A DNA stretch of 50,052 bases from Woeseiaceae bacterium (GTDB lineage Bacteria > Pseudomonadota > Gammaproteobacteria > Steroidobacterales > Woeseiaceae). The stretch's first letter is position 1. Each line of letters begins with the position of its first letter. Positions 48,869-50,052 of this stretch are shown one piece after another. The DNA is taken from NCBI GenBank assembly GCA_036276805.1, contig DASUOE010000202.1, forward strand, positions 1 to 50,052, read 5' to 3'. Both the position numbers and the translations under genes were made by a program. The notes under the pieces are model-generated. The model was not told the DNA's origin. It saw nothing but the letters and a program-made list of their open reading frames with translations, and searched no databases.

Positions 48869-49543
48869 TTACGCGGTCAGCGGCACCAGAGTCAGTTCGA
48901 CGCGACGGTTGGCCTGCTGCCCTTCCGGCGTCGAGTTGTCGGCGACCGGGCGAGATTCGCCGAGACCGAGTGTAATGAGGCGTTCCTGAATGACGTTCTG
49001 CGAGCGCAGGTACGCGGCGACCGAGTTGGCCCGGCGCTCGGAGAGAGACTGGTTATAGGCGTCGGAACCCCTGCTGTCGGTGTGCCCGGCCACTTCCACC
49101 ACGGTCTTGTTGAACTCGTTCAGCACTTTCGTCACCGAGTTCAGTACCGGGTAGAAGTCGGCGCTCAGGTCCGAGCTGTTGGTCGCGAAGGTGATGTTGC
49201 CCGGCATGTTGAGCGTGATGTTGTCTCCGTCGCGCGTCACGCTGACGCCGGTGCCTTCGAGTTCCTGGCGCAATGCCATTTCCTGGCGATCCTGGTAATT
49301 GCCGACGGCACCGCCCGCGAGCGCACCGATGCCCGCACCGATCATGGCGTGCTGCCGGCGCTCGACCGCGTCGTCCCCGGAAATGAGGCCGGCGACGGCG
49401 CCGATGCCGGCGCCGATCATCGCGCCTTTCGCCGCCTGGCTGGTCTTCTGCTCGCCGGTGTAGGGGTCGAGCGTCGTGCAGCCGGCCGCGACGATGGCGG
49501 CGCCGGCGAACCCGAGAATGTAACTGCGTTTCAATTTGTTCAT
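48869..49543 (-). CDS. OmpA-family lipoprotein with glycine-zipper region
   Basis: Start moved to M61 (49543). MNKLKRSYILGFAGAAIVAAGC carries a lipobox, followed by Gly-zipper GAMIGAGIGAVAG and an OmpA_C region (VAGHTDSRGSDAYNQSLSERRANSVAAYL). Confidence 0.85.
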   Translation of the reverse strand: MNKLKRSYILGFAGAAIVAAGCTTLDPYTGEQKTSQAAKGAMIGAGIGAVAGLISGDDAVERRQHAMIGAGIGALAGGAVGNYQDRQEMALRQELEGTGVSVTRDGDNITLNMPGNITFATNSSDLSADFYPVLNSVTKVLNEFNKTVVEVAGHTDSRGSDAYNQSLSERRANSVAAYLRSQNVIQERLITLGLGESRPVADNSTPEGQQANRRVELTLVPLTA

Positions 49544-49822
49544 GGACTGCGTTCCTGTGCCTGTTTCACGTGGGGAGCCTCGTCGCTGACGGGGCGAAGC
49601 GGATGCGCCGATGTTAGACGGCGCCGGGTGCGGAATCCGGACATGCGTCACGCTTGGCCCGGCCCGGCACTTCCGGATTGTCGCACGTCGCTCCGCAGCG
49701 TTCGAAACCACGGTCGACACCATTACAGCAGCGCCAGGCTGAACGGGCGCTTAAGGCGCCGGGGCCGGGGGACCGCGGCCCGCCCGCTCCGGTAGAATGG
49801 CCGGCCCGCCCCTTTCCCGGAT

Positions 49823-50052
49823 ATGTTCATGAACGACACCGAGCGCTGGCTCGAACGCTACCGCAGCCACCGCGGCAACCTGAGCTGGCCCGCGATCTAC
49901 TGGGCCGCGGTGCCGCTCGTGGTGTTCGGGACGGTTGGCCTGCTATGGAGCCTGCCGGTGCCGGCGGCTTTCGAGGAAATTTCCCCATTGCTCAACTGGG
50001 GCAGCGCGTTCCTGATGGCGGCGGCGGTCTATTACTTCATCCTGTCGCTGCC
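49823..50052 (+). CDS. Hypothetical membrane protein, N-terminal fragment (possibly DUF962/Mpo1-like)
   Basis: My translation is MFMNDTERWLERYRSHRGNLSWPAIYWAAVPLVVFGTVGLLWSLPVP.., running off the window end. The family guess is weak. Confidence 0.4.
   Translation, partial: MFMNDTERWLERYRSHRGNLSWPAIYWAAVPLVVFGTVGLLWSLPVPAAFEEISPLLNWGSAFLMAAAVYYFILSL

Overview
This is a GC-rich segment (about two-thirds G+C by eye, not computed) that looks like core gammaproteobacterial chromosome. I call 53 protein genes, almost all housekeeping. They sit in blocks whose order matches Pseudomonas-type chromosomes from memory:
- ATP-dependent ligase / Lhr-like helicase
- comM-ubiK, divergent from porin-glnK-amtB
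- algZ-algR-hemC-hemD-hemX-hemY
- dapF-DUF484-xerC-hslV-hslU
- DUF971-ubiE-ubiJ-ubiB
- trmB, xthA-ampG-Rieske, pyrE
- dut-coaBC, divergent from radC-rpmB-rpmG-mutM
- coaD-rsmD, divergent from ftsY-ftsE-ftsX-(tetR)-rpoH

I saw no rRNA, tRNA, CRISPR array, transposase, phage gene or recognisable defence gene. xerC is the only recombinase.

The non-coding DNA is dominated by one family of GTAG-tagged REP/REPIN hairpin repeats, about 31 units at 12 loci. The observations I consider most unusual are:
1. The REP tag supplies the TAG stop codon of 11 genes, exactly at what look like native C-termini. TAG is the stop in 21 of 51 complete gene ends by my reading.
2. One REPIN fills the whole convergent rpoH/DUF3465 spacer, so each of its tags is a stop codon.
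3. A 5-unit, 50-bp-period tandem REP array sits inside the apparent sigma-54 porin-glnK-amtB transcription unit.
4. A TetR gene lies between ftsX and rpoH, with a duplicated 16-bp palindrome in the rpoH upstream region.

I did not find a convincing discrete novel multi-gene system, so interest scores are modest. All functional calls come from motif and sequence recognition and remembered synteny. No database search or folding computation was run.
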